DNA from: a virus | IMG/VR virus record: IMGVR_UViG_3300034152_000419 | Coordinates: 1 to 64,000 of that record | Length of the DNA stretch: 64,000 bases | Strand: one strand, 5' to 3' | Shown: positions 47,882 to 56,847 of the stretch, in pieces | Layout: each line of letters starts with the position of its first letter | Position numbering within the stretch: position 1 is the first letter of the stretch | Notes under the pieces: generated by a model | What the model saw: the letters and a program-made list of their open reading frames with translations, nothing else | Databases searched by the model: none | Told to the model about the DNA's origin: nothing | Program-made: the position numbers and the translations under genes

Positions 47882-49753
47882 TTATCCCCTCCACGCGACA
47901 ATAATTTGAATTATAGGATTTTCCGTGAACCGGACGTCACTGACATTTTCCTCAAGTCCTTGTGAATAAAACGTCGATTGAGAAAGCAAATTATTTGCCT
48001 CCGCCTCGATGTGTTCGGGAGTCGTTGCCGTCTTTTTGATTCTCAGTTCATCGAGAATGACATCCTCGATCCCTCGTGTGTCAGATCCAAGTCTCCGACA
48101 GATTCTCGCACCGACTCCCGTTTCGCCGACAATCGTCCCGGATGCACCATGATTGCCGATCTGAGACCCGTCCTGATAAATTCTTTTATTTTCTCCGTTC
48201 TTGTATCTTAAATGTGTTACATGCCACCCCGTCGAAACACCGACATCGTCATGTCGATTATATCCGCCAGTCAAAGTCAACCGAGAGTTGATTCTGACCG
48301 GATTCGATCCTCCATCGAGTCCGAACATTATTTGAGGATTGTTTGAGTCCGCGCCACGGTTGAAAAAACCCGCATCGTCTCCATGAGGGACCGAATAGAT
48401 ATTGAACAGAGCGAGGACCTGAACCTCTGACGCTCCGTTGAGATCCGTTGCGAGAGTTGCATCTGTAATGTCATAATAATCACCTCCCGCATTTGTGAAA
48501 TCGTGTGCCTTGCCGAATCGACCATCGACCCAGTCTGACGGGTCCATCCCGACCGCAGTCGCCTCATTTCCATTTTCGGTTGAGTCTGCGACAGAGTCGC
48601 CGGACCCCGTGATCTCCTCCTGAAAATGCCACACTGCAATATAATCAGACCACACAGTCGCCGGATCTGACGGATCACTTGCCGCAGACGAGTTCCCATA
48701 GTAAAGACGGATCGGAGTGTCCAGATCATGAGAAACCGTTGAGATTTTAACATGAGCGACCAGTTCCCCGGTTGACTGATCCCAGTAAACCCGCTCATAG
48801 GGGAGGACAGTCTCATCGTCCTCCGCGATAAATACCAGATCATATCCGTTCGCGAGTGCCTTTGTCAGATCGCCGTCTGTAATATCCACAGACAGGATGA
48901 AATCGGTGAGATCCGCAGTGCCGGGGATTTTTGTGTGATCGATTGTGAGTGTCTTTCGATAATTATAATCAAGATCCCACCACGAGGACGGTCCCCCGGA
49001 TTCATCGGTTGCAAATGTCTGCAATTTCGACGAGACCGTCAGATCGATATCAAGTCCTGAATTTTTATATTCAAAATTTGACAGATTAAATGTCAGGACA
49101 GGAGTCCCGTCATCCATGATCTGAAATTCTTTGTCAGTATATCCGCCAGTCGCCGAGGCAACAACCCCGACAATGGTTCCATCCCGGATCAGTGGATATC
49201 CGACACCCGCACCGAGAGCATCGCCGATCTTGAGATATCCGTTCTCAACCGATCCACCACGGTTGAAAACGAAAACCTCCCGATCAACCGAGAGCCATTT
49301 CGCGAAATCGTTATTCCAGATATACAAAAGACCGTTGCTCGTATTGTACCATCCGAGACCATCTGTCGGGGAGGACGGAGCAGTCGCCGAAATGACCCAC
49401 CCCTCATTGATTGCCGCGATGAGAGCATTGACCTCCGCTTGAGTGTACTTGTCGAGGTTCGTGATGTCCGCCTCGACATGAGTGTGAACGGTGTCCGCTT
49501 TCCCGTCGAGTGCATTTTGTAAATCGGTCTGATCCGACAGCGTTCCGACGATGTCACCCCAGTTGACCGAACTTGTCTCGAACCAGTATGAGAGCGAGTT
49601 CCATTCAGTGACACCGTCCCCGATCTTGATCTTTTTCGTGTCCTGCTCGATCCCGATCTCACCGTCCGCGAGGACCGGATTCACTGAGGTCCAGTCCGCC
49701 GCCGAGTCACGTCTGATCTGAATTTTATCAGCCATTTGCATCGCCTCCGTCAA
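47882..49753 (-). CDS. tail fibre/adhesin with DUF2341 and LamG-like domains
   Basis: IQIRRD.AADWTSVNPVLADGEIG; W...Y.YRK.LTID; LYYGN; ILDELRI. Confidence 0.8.
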   Translation of the reverse strand: MTEAMQMADKIQIRRDSAADWTSVNPVLADGEIGIEQDTKKIKIGDGVTEWNSLSYWFETSSVNWGDIVGTLSDQTDLQNALDGKADTVHTHVEADITNLDKYTQAEVNALIAAINEGWVISATAPSSPTDGLGWYNTSNGLLYIWNNDFAKWLSVDREVFVFNRGGSVENGYLKIGDALGAGVGYPLIRDGTIVGVVASATGGYTDKEFQIMDDGTPVLTFNLSNFEYKNSGLDIDLTVSSKLQTFATDESGGPSSWWDLDYNYRKTLTIDHTKIPGTADLTDFILSVDITDGDLTKALANGYDLVFIAEDDETVLPYERVYWDQSTGELVAHVKISTVSHDLDTPIRLYYGNSSAASDPSDPATVWSDYIAVWHFQEEITGSGDSVADSTENGNEATAVGMDPSDWVDGRFGKAHDFTNAGGDYYDITDATLATDLNGASEVQVLALFNIYSVPHGDDAGFFNRGADSNNPQIMFGLDGGSNPVRINSRLTLTGGYNRHDDVGVSTGWHVTHLRYKNGENKRIYQDGSQIGNHGASGTIVGETGVGARICRRLGSDTRGIEDVILDELRIKKTATTPEHIEAEANNLLSQSTFYSQGLEENVSDVRFTENPIIQIIVAWRG

Positions 49754-50078
49754 CTACTTGAGAGGGGAGATAGACACTGTCCGCGACACCCCCCTCGACG
49801 TTTCGATCTGCCGTGATCGATTCGTCCTGTCCGAGATCCTCCCATTCAGTTTGAACGTCAAGATGATCGAGAGCATCTGAGATCGAGAGATCCGAGGTTC
49901 CATCGTTAATCACGATCTGAGCCGCCGAAACACGAGTTTTCAAAGACTCAGATTGAGTGATATCGTCGAGAGAAAACAGTTCCGTGAGGTTCCGTTGCTC
50001 TCCTGCTTTCACGACGAGTCCGAGATCCTCAATTCCGATATCGGACCCGCCGGGATTTTTCGCGATGATCGTTGTCAT
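49728..50078 (-). CDS. virion accessory protein (shared N-terminal module)
   Basis: Paralogous to the N-terminus of 50082-51503 (IEDLG, NDG.SDLS). Confidence 0.7.
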   Translation of the reverse strand: MTTIIAKNPGGSDIGIEDLGLVVKAGEQRNLTELFSLDDITQSESLKTRVSAAQIVINDGTSDLSISDALDHLDVQTEWEDLGQDESITADRNVEGGVADSVYLPSQVVDGGDANG

Positions 50079-50081
50079 ATC

Positions 50082-51503
50082 TTACGGTCTCCACGCAATT
50101 TCGACCAGTGCGACGGGGGATCTAACATTTGCGACATTGTCAATGTAACACTGCAAAAAGTCTCCCGCAGAGAGATCAACATTCGCCGCCGCATTTTGAG
50201 CACCGACGACCGCAGAGAGTGACAATGTCAGGATGTCCGTTGCGACGTCGTTTTTTCGGACGTTGAAATCGACTGTCCCGGACGCATTGAGTTGACCGGA
50301 GATCCCGACAATCGTCGCATCACGGAGCATCCGCAGACCGGAGAGATTCGACTGAATGTCCCCTCCGTAGTGATTGAGATATTGATCTTTTGACCTGCCT
50401 TTTTTCCCGAACGCGACCATGACCCTTTGAACCGAGAGCCATTTTGCACGAGTCGCATCGTAAATGCAGAGAATCCCGGACTTGACCGCGAGTTGTCCGT
50501 CCGCGAGTCCTGTCGAGGGGAGAGATGCTTTCGGGACGATCTCAAAGGGAGCATTTGTCGCCGATCCCGTGTCAATTTTAACCGATCCGGCATCTGCATT
50601 GATGACCCGTCCGTTTCCCGCGCCTCCCTCGTCATAAGCCTCATCGAGAGTGTTTCCAGATATCGCGGAGATTGCCGAATATAGATTTCCGATCTCCGTG
50701 TCAATCTCACTGATCACCGACTCAAGGTCAGTCGTGCTCAAATAGGTATATGTCCCCTCGACATCAATCTCAGAGGCGTCATGTTTGCTCGCCCCTCCGT
50801 CAAGGTGTCCGCCGAAATCGACGTCGCCGATTTTTTTCCACGAGGCGGAGGTCGTGTCATAGATATATTGAGCCTGTTTGCCGTCCCCATCGTCGTTGAC
50901 GACGACTGCATCATTGTCAGAGTTGACCCCCTCCGCCGACCACGTTGAGCCGCCGAAAGTGTAAATCTCCTCATTTGCGTTCGCGAGGTTGATGACACGA
51001 TCACCCGTTGACGCCGCTCCGAGATCATCCCATGAAACACCATTATATTTATAATAGTGATTGTCATCGGTGTCCACGTAAACATCCCCGGTTTGTGCTC
51101 CTCCCGGAGGTGACGCCGAAATATCGAGGACACGATATTGAACCGGATCAAGCCACGTCGGGGACCCGAACGATGGAGCATTTTGAATATTGTCCCAGTC
51201 AACGGACGCCTGACCGGATGTTTGCAGTTGTGTCTTTGTGTAAAATGTCGCGAGCGTGTTTTGTTTCTGATCCAGTGTGAGGAAATTCACACCGTCCGCC
51301 GCAGAAAGATCCGAGGACCCGTCATTGACGACCAGATCCCCTGACTGAACCAGAGCACGGAGATCGTCGGATTCTGCGATTTCGGGAAAAGTGAATGAAT
51401 CTGAAAATGTGATCTGTGTTGCATCGAGGACTGTGATTCCGAGATCCTCAATCGCCTGATCACTTCCTGAACTGTTTTTGATTATCACTGTCCACATCGC
51501 CAT
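50082..51503 (-). CDS. virion fibre/appendage protein
   Basis: Gly/Ser/Asp-rich; shared N- and C-terminal modules. Confidence 0.75.
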   Translation of the reverse strand: MAMWTVIIKNSSGSDQAIEDLGITVLDATQITFSDSFTFPEIAESDDLRALVQSGDLVVNDGSSDLSAADGVNFLTLDQKQNTLATFYTKTQLQTSGQASVDWDNIQNAPSFGSPTWLDPVQYRVLDISASPPGGAQTGDVYVDTDDNHYYKYNGVSWDDLGAASTGDRVINLANANEEIYTFGGSTWSAEGVNSDNDAVVVNDDGDGKQAQYIYDTTSASWKKIGDVDFGGHLDGGASKHDASEIDVEGTYTYLSTTDLESVISEIDTEIGNLYSAISAISGNTLDEAYDEGGAGNGRVINADAGSVKIDTGSATNAPFEIVPKASLPSTGLADGQLAVKSGILCIYDATRAKWLSVQRVMVAFGKKGRSKDQYLNHYGGDIQSNLSGLRMLRDATIVGISGQLNASGTVDFNVRKNDVATDILTLSLSAVVGAQNAAANVDLSAGDFLQCYIDNVANVRSPVALVEIAWRP

Positions 51504-51528
51504 TATTCAACCCTCCTCATATAATGTT

Positions 51529-51969
51529 TTAAATTCTCCACGCAATCTCCGCCGATATCACGGGATAATCGACCTCCCCCGATGTCATTTTCAACCGGAG
51601 CACGTCATCCTCGTTAATATCGACATCGGTGACAAAGACATCGCCACGTTCGCCGATCACCGAGAACTGATACACCATGACCTCGGACGGACTGCGAAAC
51701 ACGAGAATCTGAAATGTTCCACTTGCAGAGGACTTGAACTCGACTGTCACTCCTGTGATTGTGGCATCCCTTGGAATCCGATATCCGCAATTATTTGAAA
51801 CAACACCCCCGTCGATTTTCAGATATCGCGGAGGTCTGATTTTCTTGTGGTTCGCACCGAACAGAAAAACTTTTGTGTCACTGAGCCATTTATCCCGAAA
51901 ATCATCATAAAAATAAAGGACCCCGTCGTTTCCCTGCCTGAAATTTTGTGTGTGTAAGTCTCTGAGCAT
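51529..51969 (-). CDS. virion accessory protein (shared KWLS...AWR module)
   Basis: YD..R.KWLS...RDATI.G...EIAWR. Confidence 0.7.
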   Translation of the reverse strand: MLRDLHTQNFRQGNDGVLYFYDDFRDKWLSDTKVFLFGANHKKIRPPRYLKIDGGVVSNNCGYRIPRDATITGVTVEFKSSASGTFQILVFRSPSEVMVYQFSVIGERGDVFVTDVDINEDDVLRLKMTSGEVDYPVISAEIAWRI

Positions 51970-51978
51970 CGTTCCCCC

Positions 51979-51994
51979 GTGAACACGTGTGCAC
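51979..51994. repeat. palindrome copy 9 (1 mismatch, GTGAACACGTGTGCAC)
   Basis: Read directly; intergenic. Confidence 0.85.
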
Positions 51995-52374
51995 TATTTT
52001 TGACCCGGAGGTTCCGCATGTCTGACATCGAGTCTTTCGATCTGCCTCTTGAGTTTTTCGTTCTCCTGTTTCAGTTCATCAATTCTCTTTTCTATCTTTA
52101 GATATTCAGACTCCGCGACTTTTCGGGATTCCGACGGAGTCGTGATCGACCTCAGACTCCCACTGAGAAACATGATCAGGATCGTGACTGCAACCGGGAT
52201 GAAACCCGCGACCAGACCCCACATTCCCGCCTTGACCTTGAGAATCGTCTGCTCGATCTCAAACTCCCGGAGTCTCGTACTGAGAGCCTCGATGCAACCG
52301 TTGAGTCTTTCAAGTTCAGACAGGACATGACGTCCCCATTCTGTCCACCCGTTCGTTTCCGGCATCTCATTCAA
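51994..52374 (-). CDS. membrane protein with flanking coiled coils
   Basis: TM segment GMWGLVAGFIPVAVTILIMFL. Confidence 0.7.
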   Translation of the reverse strand: MNEMPETNGWTEWGRHVLSELERLNGCIEALSTRLREFEIEQTILKVKAGMWGLVAGFIPVAVTILIMFLSGSLRSITTPSESRKVAESEYLKIEKRIDELKQENEKLKRQIERLDVRHAEPPGQK

Positions 52375-52931
52375 TCCTCGTCCTCGAACCGTGCCTCGGT
52401 GACAATAGGTTTCGACCGGAGCAGTCCTCTCTCACTTTGCGGACAAGGCATATAAACACTTACGATATAACAGTCCTCGATAGCCTGAAAATTATGAGGT
52501 GTCTTTGACGGGACATAGATTGAACGACCCTGAGCGACAGTGTAAATTTTCGCCTGACCCCCCGGAGGACACATCTTGATTGATGCACTGCCTCGAACGA
52601 CGGAGATGTGTTGAATCTCTCCCTCATGGTAGTGAGTTTTGAGCCTGTGTCCCTTTGGAATCAATGACCTCTCGATTCTGAGAATCCCGTCAAAGTATAG
52701 AGGAAAAACCTGAATCTCGGACTGTTCTCCCCTGTCAGTCTGCATCGTATAGGATGACGGACCGATTGATGACCCCACAATCTCTGACGCCGGGACCCCC
52801 TTGAGTTGACTCGTCAACTCCCTGAGTTTTGTTAAATGCTCACTCGTCTGTCCCAGTTCACACGCGAGATCATCCGCCTTTTTTGACGGTTTCCTATGAA
52901 CAAGCATCTGAATTATATTTGACATTTTCAC
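52371..52931 (-). CDS. cupin-domain protein
   Basis: HYHEGE...V.G...YVP..PH. Confidence 0.75.
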   Translation of the reverse strand: MKMSNIIQMLVHRKPSKKADDLACELGQTSEHLTKLRELTSQLKGVPASEIVGSSIGPSSYTMQTDRGEQSEIQVFPLYFDGILRIERSLIPKGHRLKTHYHEGEIQHISVVRGSASIKMCPPGGQAKIYTVAQGRSIYVPSKTPHNFQAIEDCYIVSVYMPCPQSERGLLRSKPIVTEARFEDED

Positions 52932-52945
52932 TCCTCTCCCTCCAT

Positions 52946-53599
52946 TTAATTTTTCACAAAAACAAGCATCGCGAAAGTATAATTCAGATCATTCACCCTG
53001 ACAATGGGACGACCCACTCGCGGGATTTCCTTGTTCGACAAAAGTGTGAATCCACTTTGATTCGCAATCGTGACCATCTCTTTGAGTTCATTCCGGTCGA
53101 AAATAGTCCACGGGAGACCATTGAGTTCGGTTGTGTTTATCTTTTTTGACCAGTAATCAGTTGTAATAAAAAGCAGTCCCTCCCGTTTAATAAGTCTTTC
53201 GCAGATCTTGAAAAACTGATTGACAGCAATTCCGTGTTCAATCACCGAGACGCATGTGACGAACCGAAACATCTTGTCGCGAAAAGAGTTGTCCTCGAAC
53301 CTCCCCCTGAGAATCCGAGCGAAATTCTGTTTCTTGTCCTGCGTGAATTTCGAGACATCGTCATATCTATCAATCCCGAACATTCGTCGAAATCCCATCG
53401 CACGGAGCATCTTTAAAGTTGCGAGCATCCAACAACCGACATCGAGGATCGGAGCGTTTCGATGTCTCCCCTCAAGGATCTGATATAATTTCGACAGATC
53501 CCAGTTTTTCAATCTGTCCCGGTGAACTGGCAAATTTTTTGATTTCAAAAATCTGACAGCATCGTCAATCTCTTTTTTTGATCTCAGAATTTCGATCAT
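52946..53599 (-). CDS. class I SAM-dependent methyltransferase
   Basis: ILDVGC, GID, VTCVSVIEHG, GLLFITTDY. Confidence 0.85.
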   Translation of the reverse strand: MIEILRSKKEIDDAVRFLKSKNLPVHRDRLKNWDLSKLYQILEGRHRNAPILDVGCWMLATLKMLRAMGFRRMFGIDRYDDVSKFTQDKKQNFARILRGRFEDNSFRDKMFRFVTCVSVIEHGIAVNQFFKICERLIKREGLLFITTDYWSKKINTTELNGLPWTIFDRNELKEMVTIANQSGFTLLSNKEIPRVGRPIVRVNDLNYTFAMLVFVKN

Positions 53600-54342
53600 C
53601 TCTCGAACCTCGATTTCAGTGGAAACAACTCAGTGATAACTTGAATCAGATCATCGTTGAGACCTTTGTCGTTGTGATTCATGAATTGAACGTGAGGTGA
53701 CAGTATTATCTCAAGGATCTCCCTCTGAGTCAATTTTTTACTGAAACCCGCGACCCATCCATCATGAATCTCCGCCTCCTGTCCGTCAAAAAAGTGATTG
53801 AAATATAACGTCTCCCAGTTGAAACCGTGTGACGTTCCATATCTCGTCACGATGTCAACATAAAAACTTTTGTGAACCAGTTTCGGGACGTGTGTTTCAT
53901 AATTATATATCCGATCCGTCTTTCCCTTGAGAGCCTGAACAGTTCTCCAAAAAAACGAGGTCCATCCCTTTTTCAGTCTCGTCGGGATCTCCGAGTCTGT
54001 GAGATCTGCGAGAGCATAATTCCGCGAGACCTCTTTGATCCCTGTCTTTTTCATGAGATAGAAATCATCGCACATATACAAAAACGGATCACTGACATCG
54101 TCCACAAAACACGCCTTGAGCAGTTTTTCCGAGATCAGACGGTTTCTTTGTTGTGCTCCCCCGACCCATCCTCTTTCAGGGATCAGATTCAGATCTCCCG
54201 ACCACTCAGGACGCCTCTCTCCGATGAGATAGACATTTCGCAGATCCTCAAAGTACTTGAACAGGGATCGGAGAGAATATTTCAACTCCTCCCCCCAGTA
54301 TGAGGTTGACCGACAATATGGATAAACTGCATCAATTTGCAT
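53596..54342 (-). CDS. Stealth-like sugar-phosphate transferase
   Basis: IDAVY (CR1), ELKYSLRSL...P.W...FLYMCDDFY (CR2), H.P; start re-set to MQIDAV. Confidence 0.7.
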   Translation of the reverse strand: MQIDAVYPYCRSTSYWGEELKYSLRSLFKYFEDLRNVYLIGERRPEWSGDLNLIPERGWVGGAQQRNRLISEKLLKACFVDDVSDPFLYMCDDFYLMKKTGIKEVSRNYALADLTDSEIPTRLKKGWTSFFWRTVQALKGKTDRIYNYETHVPKLVHKSFYVDIVTRYGTSHGFNWETLYFNHFFDGQEAEIHDGWVAGFSKKLTQREILEIILSPHVQFMNHNDKGLNDDLIQVITELFPLKSRFER

Positions 54343-55192
54343 CGATGAAAACCATCTCCTCGACCGTCGGTGACATCGAGTCGAGGACATCTTTGAATTT
54401 TCTCCTCTGAAACATAATCTCGGCATCGTTCATGCCGTAAGTGATCAGGAGGTCCTCTCCGTCTCTGACCAGACCACAAGGGAAAATATGCCATTTGCCG
54501 AACTCAATCGGAGTCTTTGAGTATTTCAAGATCTGAAACGGAGGTTCCGCAGAGAATAGCATCGCACCGACGAAATAAACCCGATTGATCGCCCGGAGAA
54601 AATGAGGTGTCGCTCTGTGTTTCGGCATCCATAAATGACTCTGAAATAAGCACAGATATCCCTCGTCAATTCTGATCGGAGATGTCCCCCCGTGCGCCCA
54701 TCCCCACACCCATTCGTTCATCCCCGGAGATCTCCACTGTTCACGAGTCTCCACATCAAAGACGATCTGAGGTGTGACCATGTAATGAGCCATTAAACGT
54801 CCGTTATATTCAAAAAATGTCCAGTTTTTCTCTGTGCGTTTGCCAGTCTTGACAATCTGTTTCCCGGAGACTTTCCTGACTGCGTTGACCTTGCAATATC
54901 CCATCTGAGCAAAAACAAAAGAGTTTCGTCCGGGAGGGGAGTCAACATAGGCGAGATATAACTGACCATTGAACCAAAAAAACCGAGGGTCCTCCGCCCC
55001 TTTGATCACCCTGAACTCTCTCCGAACTCTCAGAGTCCGCATATCGAGGGGTCCCATATAAATTGAACCACAGAGTCCCCAGTCGTCCTCGTCTTTGCGA
55101 TAGGCAATCCACATCCGATCTCCGACCTTTGCGAGTGTCGCATTGTAAGCACCTTTTGACAGACCGGGAGTGATGACTTTGTGCAATATCAC
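54332..55192 (-). CDS. GH130-like beta-propeller glycosidase/phosphorylase
   Basis: YNA, EDPRFF, EKNWTFF, HGG.SP, IFPCG, YG..D; GTGA overlap start. Confidence 0.7.
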   Translation of the reverse strand: MILHKVITPGLSKGAYNATLAKVGDRMWIAYRKDEDDWGLCGSIYMGPLDMRTLRVRREFRVIKGAEDPRFFWFNGQLYLAYVDSPPGRNSFVFAQMGYCKVNAVRKVSGKQIVKTGKRTEKNWTFFEYNGRLMAHYMVTPQIVFDVETREQWRSPGMNEWVWGWAHGGTSPIRIDEGYLCLFQSHLWMPKHRATPHFLRAINRVYFVGAMLFSAEPPFQILKYSKTPIEFGKWHIFPCGLVRDGEDLLITYGMNDAEIMFQRRKFKDVLDSMSPTVEEMVFIDAN

Positions 55193-55818
55193 CCGGACAC
55201 CTCCGCCGCTTGAATCTTTTGATTGAATCTCGCGTTCGTTTCCTTGTTGAAAATCCGGGACCATTTTTTCGGTTCATTCTGTGCTCGTTTCCTGAACCAC
55301 TCATCCGCAGAGCACCGAGTCCCGTGTTTCTTGAGAATGAACCTCGGAATATATGCAAGTCGTCCCCGTTCAAGTGCTTTCCACATCATGAACAGATCCT
55401 CCCGGACAAGGGGAGTTTCCACGAACTCCTCAAGGATCGAGATCAGAAAATCAGTCTTGAAAAGCACACGAGCCGTCGCCGACTGCGTCCATCCCCGACC
55501 TTTGATGAGTTTCTTTTGTTCTCCATCATGACGGATCGACCAGAATAAAAGAAAATCGAGATCCTCGAATCCGCTCATGTCATCGGGAAAATGTCCGATC
55601 AGTTCGTCATCACTGTCCAGACAAAAAACCCATTTCGTCCCGATCTTGTAAAGTTCATTGAGTCTTTTGTGTCCGATAGTTTCCACTTGCCAGTTGACAG
55701 GATCAGAGATCCCCACCATCCACGGGAGATCCGCCGCATATTTCAGGACCCCCTTTCGCGTTGCCGGAGAGAGCAGATGATCAGGAGCAATTACTGTCGA
55801 AAGAGTGGTGTCTCTCAT
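55189..55818 (-). CDS. GT-A-like glycosyltransferase
   Basis: WVFCLDSDDEL (DxD) and EDL motif; start re-set to MRDTT. Confidence 0.6.
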   Translation of the reverse strand: MRDTTLSTVIAPDHLLSPATRKGVLKYAADLPWMVGISDPVNWQVETIGHKRLNELYKIGTKWVFCLDSDDELIGHFPDDMSGFEDLDFLLFWSIRHDGEQKKLIKGRGWTQSATARVLFKTDFLISILEEFVETPLVREDLFMMWKALERGRLAYIPRFILKKHGTRCSADEWFRKRAQNEPKKWSRIFNKETNARFNQKIQAAEVSG

Positions 55819-56372
55819 TTTGAATACATTTTCCGAACTTGTTGAATTTTCCAGACATGAGGAAAAGCGACCCCCGGAGGATCGACCCCGATGAATGGAC
55901 AAAGTTTTTCCCATCCATCCCCCGCACAAATGTTCATGATCAGGAGATCTCCGGGACGGTCTCTGAAATATGATCGAACATAAGCCTCATGACGATCCCA
56001 CGCATCAAAAAACACCTCCTCATCGAACCATCGACAGCCATAAACTCGATTGTGAACATAGATCGTCCATCTCCGGGTTTTCGGTCCCTTTGGAAAAGGT
56101 TTCGTCGAAAAGAACTCCCGACAGTTTTTCAACCATTCCGATTTTTCCCTCGTCGTCAGGATAAATTTCGATCCCGGATATTTTTGATCAAGCCACCGAA
56201 ACCGCATCGTCACGGACAGATCATCTGAAAAGTCCGCCTCATCGATTGCCTTGACATTGACCGGGAGATGAACAGCACTGAATCCCAAAATCCGAAAAGC
56301 ATGAGACAAAGACGTCGTCCCAGTTCTTGAAAGTCCGATTCCGAAAACCTTTGTCCATCCACGATCAACCAT
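55815..56372 (-). CDS. sulfotransferase (P-loop, Sulfotransfer_4-like)
   Basis: KVFGIGLSRTGTTSL, YPGSKFILTTR, GWEKLCPF. Confidence 0.85.
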   Translation of the reverse strand: MVDRGWTKVFGIGLSRTGTTSLSHAFRILGFSAVHLPVNVKAIDEADFSDDLSVTMRFRWLDQKYPGSKFILTTREKSEWLKNCREFFSTKPFPKGPKTRRWTIYVHNRVYGCRWFDEEVFFDAWDRHEAYVRSYFRDRPGDLLIMNICAGDGWEKLCPFIGVDPPGVAFPHVWKIQQVRKMYSK

Positions 56373-56384
56373 CGATCCCCCCTA

Positions 56385-56834
56385 TCAACTCGGACTCGGT
56401 GACGGCGACGGACTCGGTGACGGCGACGGACTCGGACTCGGACTCGGTGACGGACTCGGAGACGGTGACGGCGACGGACTCGGACTCGGACTCGGTGACG
56501 GACTCGGTGACGGTGAGGGGGATGTCTCACCGAGCAGTTCGTCGAGTTTTGCCTCGATCTCATTGAGTTGTGCCTGAATCGCGTCAATGTCAGTTTGCAG
56601 ATCCGCGACGTCGGATTCGATGGAATCGACTGTCGATTGCAAGTTTGAAACCGCCGTCTGTAAAGCATCGACGTCGGACTGTAAACTCGCGAGATTCGTC
56701 GTCAGTGTGTCAACATTCGCATCGATTGTGTCGATTTTTGACTCAAGAGTCGTGATCGTGTCGAGGATCTCCGCGACTGTCGGATCGACATAAACCTCGC
56801 CGGATCTGACACTATTGTTTCCAGTGTCGAGCAT
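56385..56834 (-). CDS. coiled-coil fibre protein with C-terminal (SP)22S tail
   Basis: About 12 regular heptads, then 45 aa of alternating Ser-Pro; GAGGAGG RBS. Confidence 0.85.
   Translation of the reverse strand: MLDTGNNSVRSGEVYVDPTVAEILDTITTLESKIDTIDANVDTLTTNLASLQSDVDALQTAVSNLQSTVDSIESDVADLQTDIDAIQAQLNEIEAKLDELLGETSPSPSPSPSPSPSPSPSPSPSPSPSPSPSPSPSPSPSPSPSPSPS
56388..56522 (-). repeat. 6-bp period Ser-Pro coding repeat
   Basis: Mixed Ser codons (TCA/TCG/AGT/TCT/TCC) with mostly CCG. Confidence 0.95.
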
Positions 56835-56847
56835 TTTCGACCTCCTC

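Noticed and set aside
56210-56668. Alternative-frame RVRH/DSVT repeat ORFs
   Set aside because: Frame shadows of the (SP)n gene, which has the RBS and coiled coil
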